64,000 nucleotides of DNA from Candidatus Obscuribacteraceae bacterium (GCA_044226015.1 JBGAHS010000003.1:352001-416000); one strand, 5' to 3'. Positions 1 through 10,041 are shown, counted from the first letter of the stretch. The notes: generated by a model from the sequence alone, not told the origin. Made by a program: numbers and translations.

Positions 1-473
1 TTATAGTAAGTCAGGACGGCATCCAGAAAGTTTGGGACCGAGGACTAGTATGGCAGGGTCGCATGTTACCCTGGAGTGACGTTCTGAGCAGCTATGTACT
101 AAGCCGCGGGCGCATTACTGATGATTGCAAACTTGTTTTCGCAACTGCACAGAATGCCCGCGCCTTCTGTATTCACAATGCTGAATTGGCCGACGATGAT
201 TCGCGAAAGCTATTTTCCAATACGCTGAGTTCGCTTGCAAGCAAGTTCAATATTGCACCCGACGTTTTCGAAGTGTTGATTCCACAACGCACTCTAACAT
301 TAGGAGAAATGTGGGACATCGCAATGGACAACGAAGCAGCGCCAGAGTCGAAGACAGAAGCAGCTCCAATGCAGCTCGACGACGCAGTGTCAATTCCAAT
401 CGGCGAAGCAGCCCCAGTGCAGCAACCTGCCGAAGCTATCAGCGAAAAGATTTCCGAGAAGGATTCCGACTAG
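1..473 (+). CDS. Hypothetical protein, 5'-truncated by window edge
   Basis: Frame is open from base 3 (IVSQDGIQKVWDRGLVWQGR-MLPW...) to the stop at 473; acidic low-complexity tail. Confidence 0.6.
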   Translation, partial: IVSQDGIQKVWDRGLVWQGRMLPWSDVLSSYVLSRGRITDDCKLVFATAQNARAFCIHNAELADDDSRKLFSNTLSSLASKFNIAPDVFEVLIPQRTLTLGEMWDIAMDNEAAPESKTEAAPMQLDDAVSIPIGEAAPVQQPAEAISEKISEKDSD

Positions 474-569
474 TTGCGCAAGAAATTCGCAGTTCCGACT
501 GAAATCAATTGAAGCAAAATCAATCACTCCGCATTTCTCCCATAAATTCTGCGGTGAAACCAGCCCAGA

Positions 570-2072
570 CTATTTAGATTGCATGACAGGTGAGGCAACG
601 GTAATGTCCCACCAGGGTCCAGCAGAACCGTGAGTGAGGGCGTGCCAATACCAAGCCGATACATCACTCCACGTGCGTCCTTGTTCATCGTGCAACTGTT
701 CGAGAATCAGATAACGAGCACTTCCTTTGCAGGCATGAAACGAACTCCACATTGACCCGTCGAGCGCTTTGAAGAGTGGCTGCGGCTCAATGCTATAGCC
801 CATTCCCTTAAAACAATCACTGCTCGGATGAAGCTGGCGAGTTTCTTTGCTCACCACTCTCACAAAATAGCTATTTGTACCATCAGTAAAGCGGCGCATC
901 TGCCCCGGGAAATCTGCTGCGAACGCCCTCTCTTCGCTGAGAGATGGAACTGCAGTTATTTTATGACCCAATATAACCGTTGGCCATTGGGGCTCTGGCA
1001 AGACAAGAGTGTGACTGACCGTACTGCTCGCAAAAAATGGAACCAATGCAGCGCAGACACAAAGCAAAGCAGTTGAACGAAACCGAACGCCAACAAATGA
1101 CCCCTCATCAGGATTCAAGGATGCAGGCAACTCAGCCTCTATGTTCGAAGAGTTCGAGCTGATATCGACATTCGTGCTGATCTCGACATTCGTACTGATA
1201 TCGACTTTCGTGCTGATATCGACTTTCGTGCTGATATCGACTTTCGTGCGATCGGAAGACAGCTTCTTAGCCAGAAGCGCAGTTGCAGCCAGAGCAAGCA
1301 TCAACGCGACCAGCCCTGCCCCCATATGCACGGCTGGCTCATGCACAATTATTTGCGCCCCAAATGCCGAAACCTGACAAAAGCAATCGAACAAAATGAG
1401 CGCAACTGCTCGCACCGAATTAGCTAACAAAACCAAACTAATCGAAGCCAGCGTCAATATTGCCGTTCTTCTTACGCCAGCAACCTTGAAATAACACGCG
1501 AGCAACATGGTGAAAAAAAGCTGAACCCACAACATGCTGATACCACTGCACGGCGCGTCGATGGAAATTGGTCTGCCATCCACCAGCAGAAGTGTTCCCT
1601 CTTGAGCTGAGTGTATTCCGAAGCAGGCGAGAATCAACTGAGCGACTTTTGACACCATGAGCCGCAACGGGTATCCAGCAAAAAAATTTATTGACGGAAC
1701 AACCGGCAACGACAGTAGCAAAAGTCCCAAGATGCCCCAACGCCAGGACACCGTGACACCTGCAAAAATCCAGTACCAGAGCACACAAACCATCAAGACG
1801 CCCTGCACCATATGCGGTGCGAGCCCATAACTTAGTATATACAGAACAATCAGTGCGCACGCAACCAGGTGATGCTTGGCTCCACTAACCTTTATGTCGG
1901 CTCTACTGGCAAAATAGACGGCGCTAATCAGAGCAAGCACGCCCCACGGTTCATCGGATCGGTCGAAGGTTCTCTGGATGTACCAGCCACAAACCGGCCA
2001 GAACGCAACGACCAACAAGACTGCTTTGGCGCTTAGCGCGTTTAAGCGTGACTGAATCTGCGCTTTATCCAT
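570..2072 (-). CDS. Exosortase/archaeosortase-family transpeptidase with C-terminal extracytoplasmic (EpsI-like) domain
   Basis: Multi-TM protein with exosortase triad motifs APCSG (Cys), ANSVR (Arg), VHMGAG (His); C-terminal LHPSSDCFKGMGY; adjacent to a PEP-CTERM gene. Likely start MDKAQ at 2072 (ORF track gives 2117). Confidence 0.88.
   Translation of the reverse strand: MDKAQIQSRLNALSAKAVLLVVAFWPVCGWYIQRTFDRSDEPWGVLALISAVYFASRADIKVSGAKHHLVACALIVLYILSYGLAPHMVQGVLMVCVLWYWIFAGVTVSWRWGILGLLLLSLPVVPSINFFAGYPLRLMVSKVAQLILACFGIHSAQEGTLLLVDGRPISIDAPCSGISMLWVQLFFTMLLACYFKVAGVRRTAILTLASISLVLLANSVRAVALILFDCFCQVSAFGAQIIVHEPAVHMGAGLVALMLALAATALLAKKLSSDRTKVDISTKVDISTKVDISTNVEISTNVDISSNSSNIEAELPASLNPDEGSFVGVRFRSTALLCVCAALVPFFASSTVSHTLVLPEPQWPTVILGHKITAVPSLSEERAFAADFPGQMRRFTDGTNSYFVRVVSKETRQLHPSSDCFKGMGYSIEPQPLFKALDGSMWSSFHACKGSARYLILEQLHDEQGRTWSDVSAWYWHALTHGSAGPWWDITVASPVMQSK
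1158..1247. repeat. 18-bp tandem repeat x5 (GCTGATATCGACTTTCGT consensus), encoding T(K/N)V(D/E)IS linker
   Basis: Five consecutive near-identical 18-mers read directly. Confidence 0.95.
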
Positions 2073-4453
2073 GCCACCCCTGCCATGATCATCGTCGCGC
2101 ACAAAACTAGCAGCCACATTGGTGGTTCTGGCTTCACGGGAATAAGCCCTCCGGCAAAGCCTGCGGCATCTGAAAAAGGTGAATTCTGTTGAGCAGATTT
2201 CGCAGCAATCGGCGCCTTACTGGCAAATTGCTTAACGCCATACTTGGCGTAGTCGGTGCTGTGTTCTAACACCAACGCGCTGGTCAGAGGCGTTACAATG
2301 CCAGCTTTCTGGGCGAACGCACCAAGCTCTGCAGTTCTACTGGAGTCGCCCAAATTTTTCAAAATCATTTGATTTACAAAAACTTGCGCCAACTCATTAG
2401 GATGTTTTGCCGCAGGCGCTTGCACGCTGCCTGCAGCCTCGATTGAGCCTGCCATCACTGTCACAGGCAGCTTGCCAGACAACTTGCCGAAAAAATCTTT
2501 GAGATCAGACTCTGTATCTTTAAGAATTCCAATTTGGTACAAGTTTGATGAACGGTCTAATGAGCGAACTAATTCATTTGGAGCGGGGCTCACTTGATAT
2601 TCAAACAACTTACCATTGTACCGGCCAAGAGCAGCTGGCAGCCCTTCGCTTGAGAGTTTTGCAGGTTGCGGGCCATGAATCCACACAACGTTTGCAGCAT
2701 CGCTGCGGTTTATTTCCTGAAGAGCAAGCATTAGAGCTTGAGCATTGTCTTGCCCGCCGACGCAGCCAGCATCGCGAAGGTTTGAAACTGCTGAGTGCCA
2801 AGCCAGCGATTTTGTATTTACATGAGAAACAATGACCTGAGGACTGTCCGACGCCCACACAAGGGTTGCATCGGCAAAATCCATTTCCGAAAGCGAACGG
2901 CACACAGCATCCACATACCCCGACATGCTCGAAGACCCATCGAGAACAACGCATACTGGCGCTGCTTTCTCAACGCTTGAACTCTGCAATTTCTCTATCA
3001 GGTCAGTGCCTTCAGAAAAATATGGAACGCTAGCAGAGACTTTCACAAATTCAGGATCACGCTTAAGTTGAATGGTGCCCTCAGAAGAACGAATCGCACT
3101 TTCACTTAGCTCTTTCTTAATCTCACGAGTAGCACCAGAAGCAGTGGCAGCGAGATTGACGGAATGCGCTGCTGTCACAGCAAAATTCCTTTCCGCAAAG
3201 ACAGGCAATCGCAGCGCTGCTGAATCTTTCTGGACAATGGTCACGGGAGAACTCAAGCCAAGCTCTAGGTCGACATCATTTCCCCACCAACCAGTCGATG
3301 ATTGAATAAGCACACGCCCTGGTCCTGCAGTAGACACCATAAATGGGCGTTCACCCTGGTTTGCTGATGTTTCATAAGCTTGACGTGTAGAGTCCCTGCT
3401 ACCAAGAATTGCATTGTGCTTGACTCCACCAATCCATAAAGAGCAGCCATTCACAACCGCCTGAGGAGGCAAGAGAATTTCCGCACGAAGCTCAGCTCTT
3501 GAGTTGTTTGAATGCTTAAAGTGCATACGCCAGTTCATATGCGATATGCCTTCGTCCGAATCAACCCATCCATCGATATTAGACTTTGTAAGAGTCAACG
3601 TTTTCACGATACCGCCTACGGTGGCTCCTGCAAAATCGTGGTCTCCCCACCAGTCTATTTCGTCATCCCATGAATAGTAATACTGTGTGCCCGAAGGACG
3701 TTTTACAGAATTAAACGGCTGCCCGGTTGCGCGATAATAATTCTCTCGCGCCAGCAATCGCGTCGCACTTGGCTGTTCGCTGTAATCTGAGTTCAGTTCG
3801 TTAGCAATCATGAACCACCAGGGCAATGAAATGTGCTGATCGTAACAAGCGCGAAGCATGGCGTCGTTATCGCCAAAAGCCCGAAGAAGCAGAACCGCCT
3901 GCTTCCGAGTTGACTCTGTGCCTGCTGCGTTAAGACATCGGTCAGTCAATAGCGCTGGAAAAACAGCAGCAAGTACCAGAGTAAGCGTAAAAGCTGCTGC
4001 TGCTCCCAATGGCATGAATGGAGAACTCGAATTTTGCTTGAGCGAACGAAGGCGGTGTCGCATTGCCAGAACCGTGTAAATAGGTCCGATAGCGACCATC
4101 AGGTGGTACAGACAGAAAAAGGAAATAGGCACCGATAAGGTCATAGCTGCTATTGTGGCTCCAATGCAGGCAAGCACGCACAGCGGTGACAGCACTATTG
4201 TCAACAATATCGAAACCGCGAGAGCCACGCTGTTCAAAGCACTTAGAACAAAGAGCATCTTGCTGCTAATGCCTGTTTTAGCAAGCAGCAAGACAGATAT
4301 ATTGGAAATTGGAATCAAGAGAAGCGGCCAAAACAGCGCCAGCATGCCGCTTTGCTGCGCACAGACCTGCAACGTTGACACGGCGTAGAACGTGCAAGTA
4401 GCTATACCGAAAACCCAGTAGACAGTTCCTGCCAGCCAAGCCGACTTCTTCAT
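2042..4453 (-). CDS. Integral membrane VIT + vWA domain protein with C-terminal PEP-CTERM sorting signal
   Basis: N-terminal TM helices; VIT-like segment (ELRAEILLPPQAVVNGCSLW); vWA MIDAS VLDGSSSM; C-terminus KPEPP-MWLLVLCATMIMAGVAWI-KRR. Confidence 0.85.
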   Translation of the reverse strand: MKKSAWLAGTVYWVFGIATCTFYAVSTLQVCAQQSGMLALFWPLLLIPISNISVLLLAKTGISSKMLFVLSALNSVALAVSILLTIVLSPLCVLACIGATIAAMTLSVPISFFCLYHLMVAIGPIYTVLAMRHRLRSLKQNSSSPFMPLGAAAAFTLTLVLAAVFPALLTDRCLNAAGTESTRKQAVLLLRAFGDNDAMLRACYDQHISLPWWFMIANELNSDYSEQPSATRLLARENYYRATGQPFNSVKRPSGTQYYYSWDDEIDWWGDHDFAGATVGGIVKTLTLTKSNIDGWVDSDEGISHMNWRMHFKHSNNSRAELRAEILLPPQAVVNGCSLWIGGVKHNAILGSRDSTRQAYETSANQGERPFMVSTAGPGRVLIQSSTGWWGNDVDLELGLSSPVTIVQKDSAALRLPVFAERNFAVTAAHSVNLAATASGATREIKKELSESAIRSSEGTIQLKRDPEFVKVSASVPYFSEGTDLIEKLQSSSVEKAAPVCVVLDGSSSMSGYVDAVCRSLSEMDFADATLVWASDSPQVIVSHVNTKSLAWHSAVSNLRDAGCVGGQDNAQALMLALQEINRSDAANVVWIHGPQPAKLSSEGLPAALGRYNGKLFEYQVSPAPNELVRSLDRSSNLYQIGILKDTESDLKDFFGKLSGKLPVTVMAGSIEAAGSVQAPAAKHPNELAQVFVNQMILKNLGDSSRTAELGAFAQKAGIVTPLTSALVLEHSTDYAKYGVKQFASKAPIAAKSAQQNSPFSDAAGFAGGLIPVKPEPPMWLLVLCATMIMAGVAWIKRRFSHA

Positions 4454-4656
4454 ATGTTCATCCTTAGGGGTCAGTTCACATTATTGCGCACGTACATCAA
4501 GGTTGGGTTGATTCAACGTTAACAGAATGCAAATTAATCTCTTGAGACAAATACAAGATCCGATCTTGCTCAGCTATAAAAACGAAGTACATCCAGGCAA
4601 AGCTTAGCGATAAGTTCTGGCGCCTGGTGATGGGTTCTAGCGCCTGGTGATAGGTT

Positions 4657-5232
4657 CTAGCGGTCAGTTCTAGCAGAAGACGAGTCTTCGCCGACACCGG
4701 ACCCTTTGGCTTTGATTTTATGTGAGAAGTAAACGGGACTTCCAGCCTGCTCCATTTTCAGCGGACGCCCATTGTCACTTGATGCCCAGCCAACGCATTC
4801 GTCGTCACCGTCAGTCATTATCACAATGAAGCCGCCTGGTCCTACGTAAGAATCAGGGACTTGAGGTATTCCATTTACTGTCGGAATAGATTTAAAGCTT
4901 GGGTCAACGCCCATCGCAAAGTTATGAAAAATGCGATACTGACCATCGCTTTTGGGCGTATCAGTGCTTGAAACATCACTCATTGAAACAGACTTGTACA
5001 AGCTTTGCAGGCATTCATCAATCTCCTGCGTACTTCGAGGGTAATGGTCATGACTGTTTCCATAATTCTTCATAGCAGTGCCAACTTCTCGTAATTGGCG
5101 GAAAAGGTCTGCCAGCCCTAGCGCTGCGGGGTTAGCAATTTGTTGAGGCTGCGCTAAAGCAGAGCATTGCGTAAGCGCGAGCAAACCGTATGTTAATAGA
5201 ACTGCGAATGCCATAGGTCTTGATTTACGCAC
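4657..5232 (-). CDS. Secreted hypothetical protein, weakly GspG/pseudopilin-like
   Basis: Signal peptide (..CSALA-Q); LREVGTAMKNY..HDHYP helix reminiscent of pseudopilins. Confidence 0.6.
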   Translation of the reverse strand: MRKSRPMAFAVLLTYGLLALTQCSALAQPQQIANPAALGLADLFRQLREVGTAMKNYGNSHDHYPRSTQEIDECLQSLYKSVSMSDVSSTDTPKSDGQYRIFHNFAMGVDPSFKSIPTVNGIPQVPDSYVGPGGFIVIMTDGDDECVGWASSDNGRPLKMEQAGSPVYFSHKIKAKGSGVGEDSSSARTDR

Positions 5233-5498
5233 GCCTCGTTCTCCGTCACTGATATACGTGGACTATACCCAAAATTCGAGGACAAAGTCGAAGCAGTGTC
5301 GCTGGTTGAGAACCCACAGCTGATACTCAACTGCAGAAACTGAATCTCTCAAACGATATTTTGCAATGCAGCATGCTCGAAGGACTGATCACGCGAGAAG
5401 AGCTGATCATCGCGAGAAGATCCGTGCGACAATCGTGTTGCATCTAGGAATAAAAACTTCGTACAAGAATAAAACCAGAACACCGAAGGAATTGAACC

Positions 5499-6113
5499 AT
5501 GGCAAAAACAGCCTCAGCATCAAGTCAAACAGCATTGAAGAATGTGCGAAAAATTTGCCTTGAACTGCCGGAAACAACAGAAACAATGACCTGGGGCAAC
5601 CCACATTTCCGGGTAAAAGATAAGATATTCTGCGGCTTTAATGACGAAAAAGGTGAGAGCAAAATTGGCTTCAAACTTGAGATGGGTCACGCTCAGGCAA
5701 TCATTCAAGATCCGCGATTTTGCCCGGCACCTTATGTAGGGCACAAAGGCTGGGTATCAATGACTCTGGAGAAAACACAAGACTGGCAAGAAGTACGAAA
5801 ACTTGTCCGCGAAAGTTATTACTTGATAGCACCAAAGAAACTAGCGAAGCAAATGTTAGAGACAGATCTGGCAGAGGAAGGTCAAACAACAGGCAAGACC
5901 ATCACCCGCAAGCCTGCAGCAAAAGGCGCTGACAAATCTGCCACAGCCAAAACCAGTAAAAAGACAGCAAAGCAGACCGCTACCACATCACTCTCAAAAG
6001 CAGCAAAGCCGACAAGCAAAACAATTGCTTCCAAATCTCGCTCCAAGACCTCCAAACCCGCAGGCAAAGCCACTGCAACTAAATTGATAAAGAAGTCAGA
6101 CTCATTGCGGTGA
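5499..6113 (+). CDS. MmcQ/YjbR family protein with Lys/Ala/Thr-rich C-terminal tail
   Basis: TWGNPHFRVKDKIF, PAPYVGHKGWVS, LVRESYYLIAPK motifs; RBS GAAGGA upstream. Confidence 0.88.
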   Translation: MAKTASASSQTALKNVRKICLELPETTETMTWGNPHFRVKDKIFCGFNDEKGESKIGFKLEMGHAQAIIQDPRFCPAPYVGHKGWVSMTLEKTQDWQEVRKLVRESYYLIAPKKLAKQMLETDLAEEGQTTGKTITRKPAAKGADKSATAKTSKKTAKQTATTSLSKAAKPTSKTIASKSRSKTSKPAGKATATKLIKKSDSLR

Positions 6114-6338
6114 CGATCCTTCACGGTCTTTGATTGCACAAAGAATGCGTAGAAATTCGGAAAACCTGTAGGCAGGTATGTAGTAAAACAAAGCGGTTCA
6201 AATAAAGATGGCAAAAAGGCCCTAGCTGCATCTCAGACCGTTCAAAAAACGGTGACCTCCACAACATGTACCTTGCGGCATGAAAACCAATGCGCTAGGT
6301 TATATAAAATAGAATCCATGTAGAGGTTCGGCAAAATT

Positions 6339-6845
6339 ATGCGTTCTGAGATTAAGGCTTTCGGGTTTGCTTTAATTGTTGGTCTTGTGCTATTTACTTT
6401 TCTCGCTGCTTTTGTTGAATTCTCTGGCGAAAAACACACCTCCCAGCAAAGCCAAGCACGGAATTGTATGAGGCAAGTTCAAACATGCATTGAATCTTAC
6501 GCACTGCGGCATTCCGGACACTTTCCATTATCCGCGGAGGTAGTGAAGGAATCACTATGTTCAAGAAATGGACATTTTCCAGAAAATCCCTTGTCCAAAA
6601 ACACTAATTATTTGTTCACCATTGATGCACCGAAAGTTGATCAGATCCTGAAGGGTGACCTGCAGCAAATTTTAGAACTATCCACCCCCGGAAGAATAGC
6701 TTATGGAGTAAGTTCCGACAGTCAAGCTTACGTTGTAATCGGGTATGACGATGAAAAGCATTATAGTAAGCCGCTGAGAGGCATAGGACAAAGAGTTCTT
6801 GCTTTAACTGACAAAAATCACAACCTTCAGTTGCAATTGCGATGA
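6339..6845 (+). CDS. Pilin/type II secretion pseudopilin-like membrane-anchored protein
   Basis: N-terminal hydrophobic helix then NCMRQVQTCIESYA..GHFP and ENPLS; no canonical E5 prepilin residue. Confidence 0.55.
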   Translation: MRSEIKAFGFALIVGLVLFTFLAAFVEFSGEKHTSQQSQARNCMRQVQTCIESYALRHSGHFPLSAEVVKESLCSRNGHFPENPLSKNTNYLFTIDAPKVDQILKGDLQQILELSTPGRIAYGVSSDSQAYVVIGYDDEKHYSKPLRGIGQRVLALTDKNHNLQLQLR

Positions 6846-6944
6846 TGACCCTAGTTCCGGACCGGACTTGATTAGGCGCAAGTGTAATTGGAGTTTGGCA
6901 TTGAATCAAAATCCGGCTGGCAATCTTGCGATTGCGCCAGTGAT

Positions 6945-7739
6945 TTATGGTTGTTCAACTTCGATTGTTGGTCGCGGGCGCTTCAAAAGGTCGCCCAGTG
7001 AAACCATTGACAATGCAGCTGATCTAGGCTTCGCTTTCTTGTTGATCACTACAGAATAGCGAATCAGATCTGAAGGAGCGACTGTGCCAAAGCCTGCTTT
7101 CTCGAAATTTGGATTTGTAAATGATGGCGCTGTTGGTGCTGATTGTGGTGGCATGGTCGGCACACTGATCGCCGTCGGAACGGGCGCTATGTTTTGAACC
7201 GGCACCGGAGCTGTAATACCAGCGCTCCCGATTGAAGGCGCTAAGGAGGTATTGGTTGATATTAACGTGAAACTACCGGAGCTGAGAGCAGCAACGTGAA
7301 GCGAGCCCGCGGTAGTCAATGAGTTTGAGCTTGGACTTAAAATGGTTACGCCCGGGACAGACCCACCACCACCAAAGGGCGTGTTCAAGACGCCGCCACC
7401 AGAGGGCGTGTTCAGGACGCCGCCACCAAAGGGTGTGTTCACGACAGCGCCACCAAAGGGTGTGTTCACGACGACAGCGCCACCAAAGGATGTGTTCACG
7501 AGGGCACCGCCACCAGAGGATGCGTTCACGACACCGCCACCGGTTGGATGGGCAGTGGATCCTCCTGGCAGTGTGATTGTCGTGCCACCTGGCAATGTAA
7601 TACTTCCCGCGGTCGGACCATGTACTGTAATGCTTCCTGAAGGTGTCGAATTCAGAGTTATTCCTTGCGCCAGTGAGCTCGGCGAAATTCCGCAGAGCAG
7701 AGTTAAAGCCAAAAGAAATGCATAGTCTTTCTTCGCCAT
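6945..7739 (-). CDS. Secreted Gly/Ser/Thr/Pro-rich low-complexity protein
   Basis: Signal peptide (SSLA-Q); repeats of V(V/L)NTP(F/S)GGG. Confidence 0.7.
   Translation of the reverse strand: MAKKDYAFLLALTLLCGISPSSLAQGITLNSTPSGSITVHGPTAGSITLPGGTTITLPGGSTAHPTGGGVVNASSGGGALVNTSFGGAVVVNTPFGGAVVNTPFGGGVLNTPSGGGVLNTPFGGGGSVPGVTILSPSSNSLTTAGSLHVAALSSGSFTLISTNTSLAPSIGSAGITAPVPVQNIAPVPTAISVPTMPPQSAPTAPSFTNPNFEKAGFGTVAPSDLIRYSVVINKKAKPRSAALSMVSLGDLLKRPRPTIEVEQP
7365..7540. repeat. Imperfect ~27-bp tandem repeat (~6 copies) encoding VNTPFGGG-like units
   Basis: Repeated GTGTTCA.GAC...GCC.CCA..GG units visible. Confidence 0.8.
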
Positions 7740-7750
7740 TTATTCCCCAC

Positions 7751-8428
7751 TTACTCAGTCAGAACAGAGTAATTTCCATGACCGCTTGTGGCGTGCCCCA
7801 AGCAGGCAGCCATCTTGAGTATCTTCCCATACAATACCTTGTCTTGCTTATTAGGGCAATGCGCGAGTTTATTCAGGATGGTGTTTTGCTTAATCAAGCT
7901 TGCAGGCAGAAACTCTGAGTGGACAAGGATTCCACCCGATGATAGGTTGTACAAATTCGAGTTGCGTCGTATCAACATATCCTTGCTCATCGCCGCATGC
8001 AACGCGCTTTCATTGGGCGCTATCACTATCTCTTCGCCGGAACTTAGATTTAATACTTTTTGCTTTATGCAGACCTTGGTCGACGCACGTTTCTCCTCAA
8101 ACATATTTCGCACTTTTACAACTTCTTGCTTCTCGTGACTAATCAGAGCAATGGTGCCTTTCTTGAGGAGCAGCTTGTATTGATTTGCACACAGTTCCGT
8201 TTGCTTTTCCGCAAACACGAGAATTTCACCAGAGCTTAAATTCAAACATGATTTTTCGTTTGCGAGTTCCGCATTTTCGGATTTTCTGATAATGCAGCCC
8301 CTAATCCCTTCGTCTTGTTTTGAATTCTCTGTTGCGCTGGAACTGCTGCCCTGAGCGGAACTTCGCTCGCTAACGAGGGCGCAAAAAAACAGGGAAATCA
8401 AAAGGCTGAAAAATATCTTGTCTATCAT
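7751..8428 (-). CDS. Secreted hypothetical protein (beta-rich, possibly FecR-like)
   Basis: 225-aa ORF with signal peptide, 11 bp from the downstream gene; internal NLSSG repeats. Confidence 0.65.
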   Translation of the reverse strand: MIDKIFFSLLISLFFCALVSERSSAQGSSSSATENSKQDEGIRGCIIRKSENAELANEKSCLNLSSGEILVFAEKQTELCANQYKLLLKKGTIALISHEKQEVVKVRNMFEEKRASTKVCIKQKVLNLSSGEEIVIAPNESALHAAMSKDMLIRRNSNLYNLSSGGILVHSEFLPASLIKQNTILNKLAHCPNKQDKVLYGKILKMAACLGHATSGHGNYSVLTE

Positions 8429-8614
8429 TGCAGAAGCGTCTGAGCAAAACGTACATTCTATTATTCGAACGCAATCAAGCGAGGTGAACTCCGATTATTA
8501 TTCCAGATAACCCCGTAAATCACTCTCGCGAACACGCTTCAAGCAAATTGAAAATCTTGCGGACTGGCCAGGTTCGCTTGCGACGGTCCATCTACTCAGG
8601 CGCTAATATCTTTC

Positions 8615-8845
8615 TTGCAAACCGTATCCAAGGTGCTAGACGATTCTCACCTACCGATTGATATTTACTTTTTTGATTCTGAAAATCCAGACTTCGTCGA
8701 TTTGCTCGAAAAGGACGATCTTCGTTGCCACGGATATGGCGAGCTATTTTTTATTTCCGAAGGCAAGATAATTCACTCTGACAGAGGGATAAAGACTGGG
8801 TATCGAATGCAAGAGATAGATTGCTTTCAGTTTTTACTTCTTTAA
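8615..8845 (+). pseudogene. Possible thioredoxin-like fragment
   Basis: IYFFDSE...HGYGELFFISEGKI resembles the C-terminal half of a thioredoxin fold; no good start or CxxC. Confidence 0.25.
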
Positions 8846-8905
8846 TTGCGCACTGCCGGTTCGTCTATCACTGCAAACTCCGGCTCCAGGTCGTAACTGT
8901 CAACA

Positions 8906-9328
8906 TCAAAAAAATGGACAGGAATTGTAATCGGTTGCCTGTGTAGGCTTGCAGACATCTGTCAGGTCTCTCGTATTGCCTGGGCGCGCCTTCTTCATGT
9001 CGCATTCTGGGCATCTAACGGAAACGTGGTCTTTGGCTGCTCCGTCAACTATTAGCTTGAGCCCTTTTGCTTCCAGTTTTCCAACAGCGCACTCTGCCAG
9101 TCCGACCGGCAGCGGAATCCCTAGCCTATCGTAGACAGCTTTCGTGTTTGCAAACTTCTTCTTTCGAAAGGTCGACAAGCCGTTTTCGGGCAAACCCGTC
9201 TTTCGCCAGTTTTTCTTGCGCAGAAAATCTTCTTCGTCCTTCGGCTTGCGCAATTTTAACTGGCTGTGCAACCGAACCAAAGCACGAACAAGCATATCTG
9301 ACGACTTCAATACATCATCGTCGGACAT
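8906..9328 (-). CDS. Hypothetical protein, candidate ADP-ribosyltransferase-fold (R-S-H type) toxin; C-terminus possibly frameshifted in a T7 run
   Basis: LVR...GLSTF...GLAECAV..L..KGL.L..D...DHVSV pattern; RBS GGAG; 11 bp downstream of partner gene. Confidence 0.55.
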   Translation of the reverse strand: MSDDDVLKSSDMLVRALVRLHSQLKLRKPKDEEDFLRKKNWRKTGLPENGLSTFRKKKFANTKAVYDRLGIPLPVGLAECAVGKLEAKGLKLIVDGAAKDHVSVRCPECDMKKARPGNTRDLTDVCKPTQATDYNSCPFF

Positions 9329-9339
9329 CCTGCACTCCG

Positions 9340-9690
9340 TTATGCTGGAACGGATGTTAGCCTATTTGCAAAGACATCATGGGCAACGGCTCGCTTATTT
9401 TGATAATGCGCAACACAACCATCGCATCGCACTATTGCCTTGAATTTGTCGCCAGCGTGTTCCCAATTCAAAACGATTTCACCGTCTTGAGTGACAGTTA
9501 TCTGTGGCTTCTCTGCTTTCTGCAGTTCCGTCAACAGATCCTTTGCTACAGCGAAAGCCTGATAAGAAGGAGCGTTATACTCCTCTTTGCCGCAGCTTGC
9601 TGCTTCCTGACACTGCTGTGCAAGGTGATGGATTGCTTCGTCAAGCCACTGTTCTGAATGTTGGTCCTTACTGTTCATGATCTTCGACAT
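9340..9690 (-). CDS. Hypothetical protein, candidate antitoxin/partner
   Basis: 116 aa with P.ITVTQDGEIVLNW motif; operonic with 8906-9328. Confidence 0.65.
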   Translation of the reverse strand: MSKIMNSKDQHSEQWLDEAIHHLAQQCQEAASCGKEEYNAPSYQAFAVAKDLLTELQKAEKPQITVTQDGEIVLNWEHAGDKFKAIVRCDGCVAHYQNKRAVAHDVFANRLTSVPA

Positions 9691-10041
9691 CTAGTTCTTC
9701 GTTCTAAGTATCTTACCCCAACATGACCATTTTTAATCCTTAAAAGTGCCCGCCTGTGGGCAAATTCCCATCTTTTGTCCGTTCTGAACTTCTTAAGAGG
9801 CGCATGGAATCGGGATATGGTTCCCAAGCAGTTGCGCTTAGCTTGCTGTTACCTTCGGGCTCAATTTAGATAGATTTGGTTTTAACCCGAACGTCCCCCA
9901 AGGTCCTAATTTATGGGAAGGTCCAGCTTATGAACGATTTTGATTTGGATTCAATGAAAAACTCACCTTAAGGCTGGAATGAACCTTACCCATTTCGTTT
10001 AAGTTGAAAAACAAACAAAAGCCCTGGCATCACCGGAGGTG

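Noticed and set aside
6339..6845. Canonical type IV prepilin
   Set aside because: KA-FGFAL lacks the G/F cleavage context and Glu5; kept only as pilin-like
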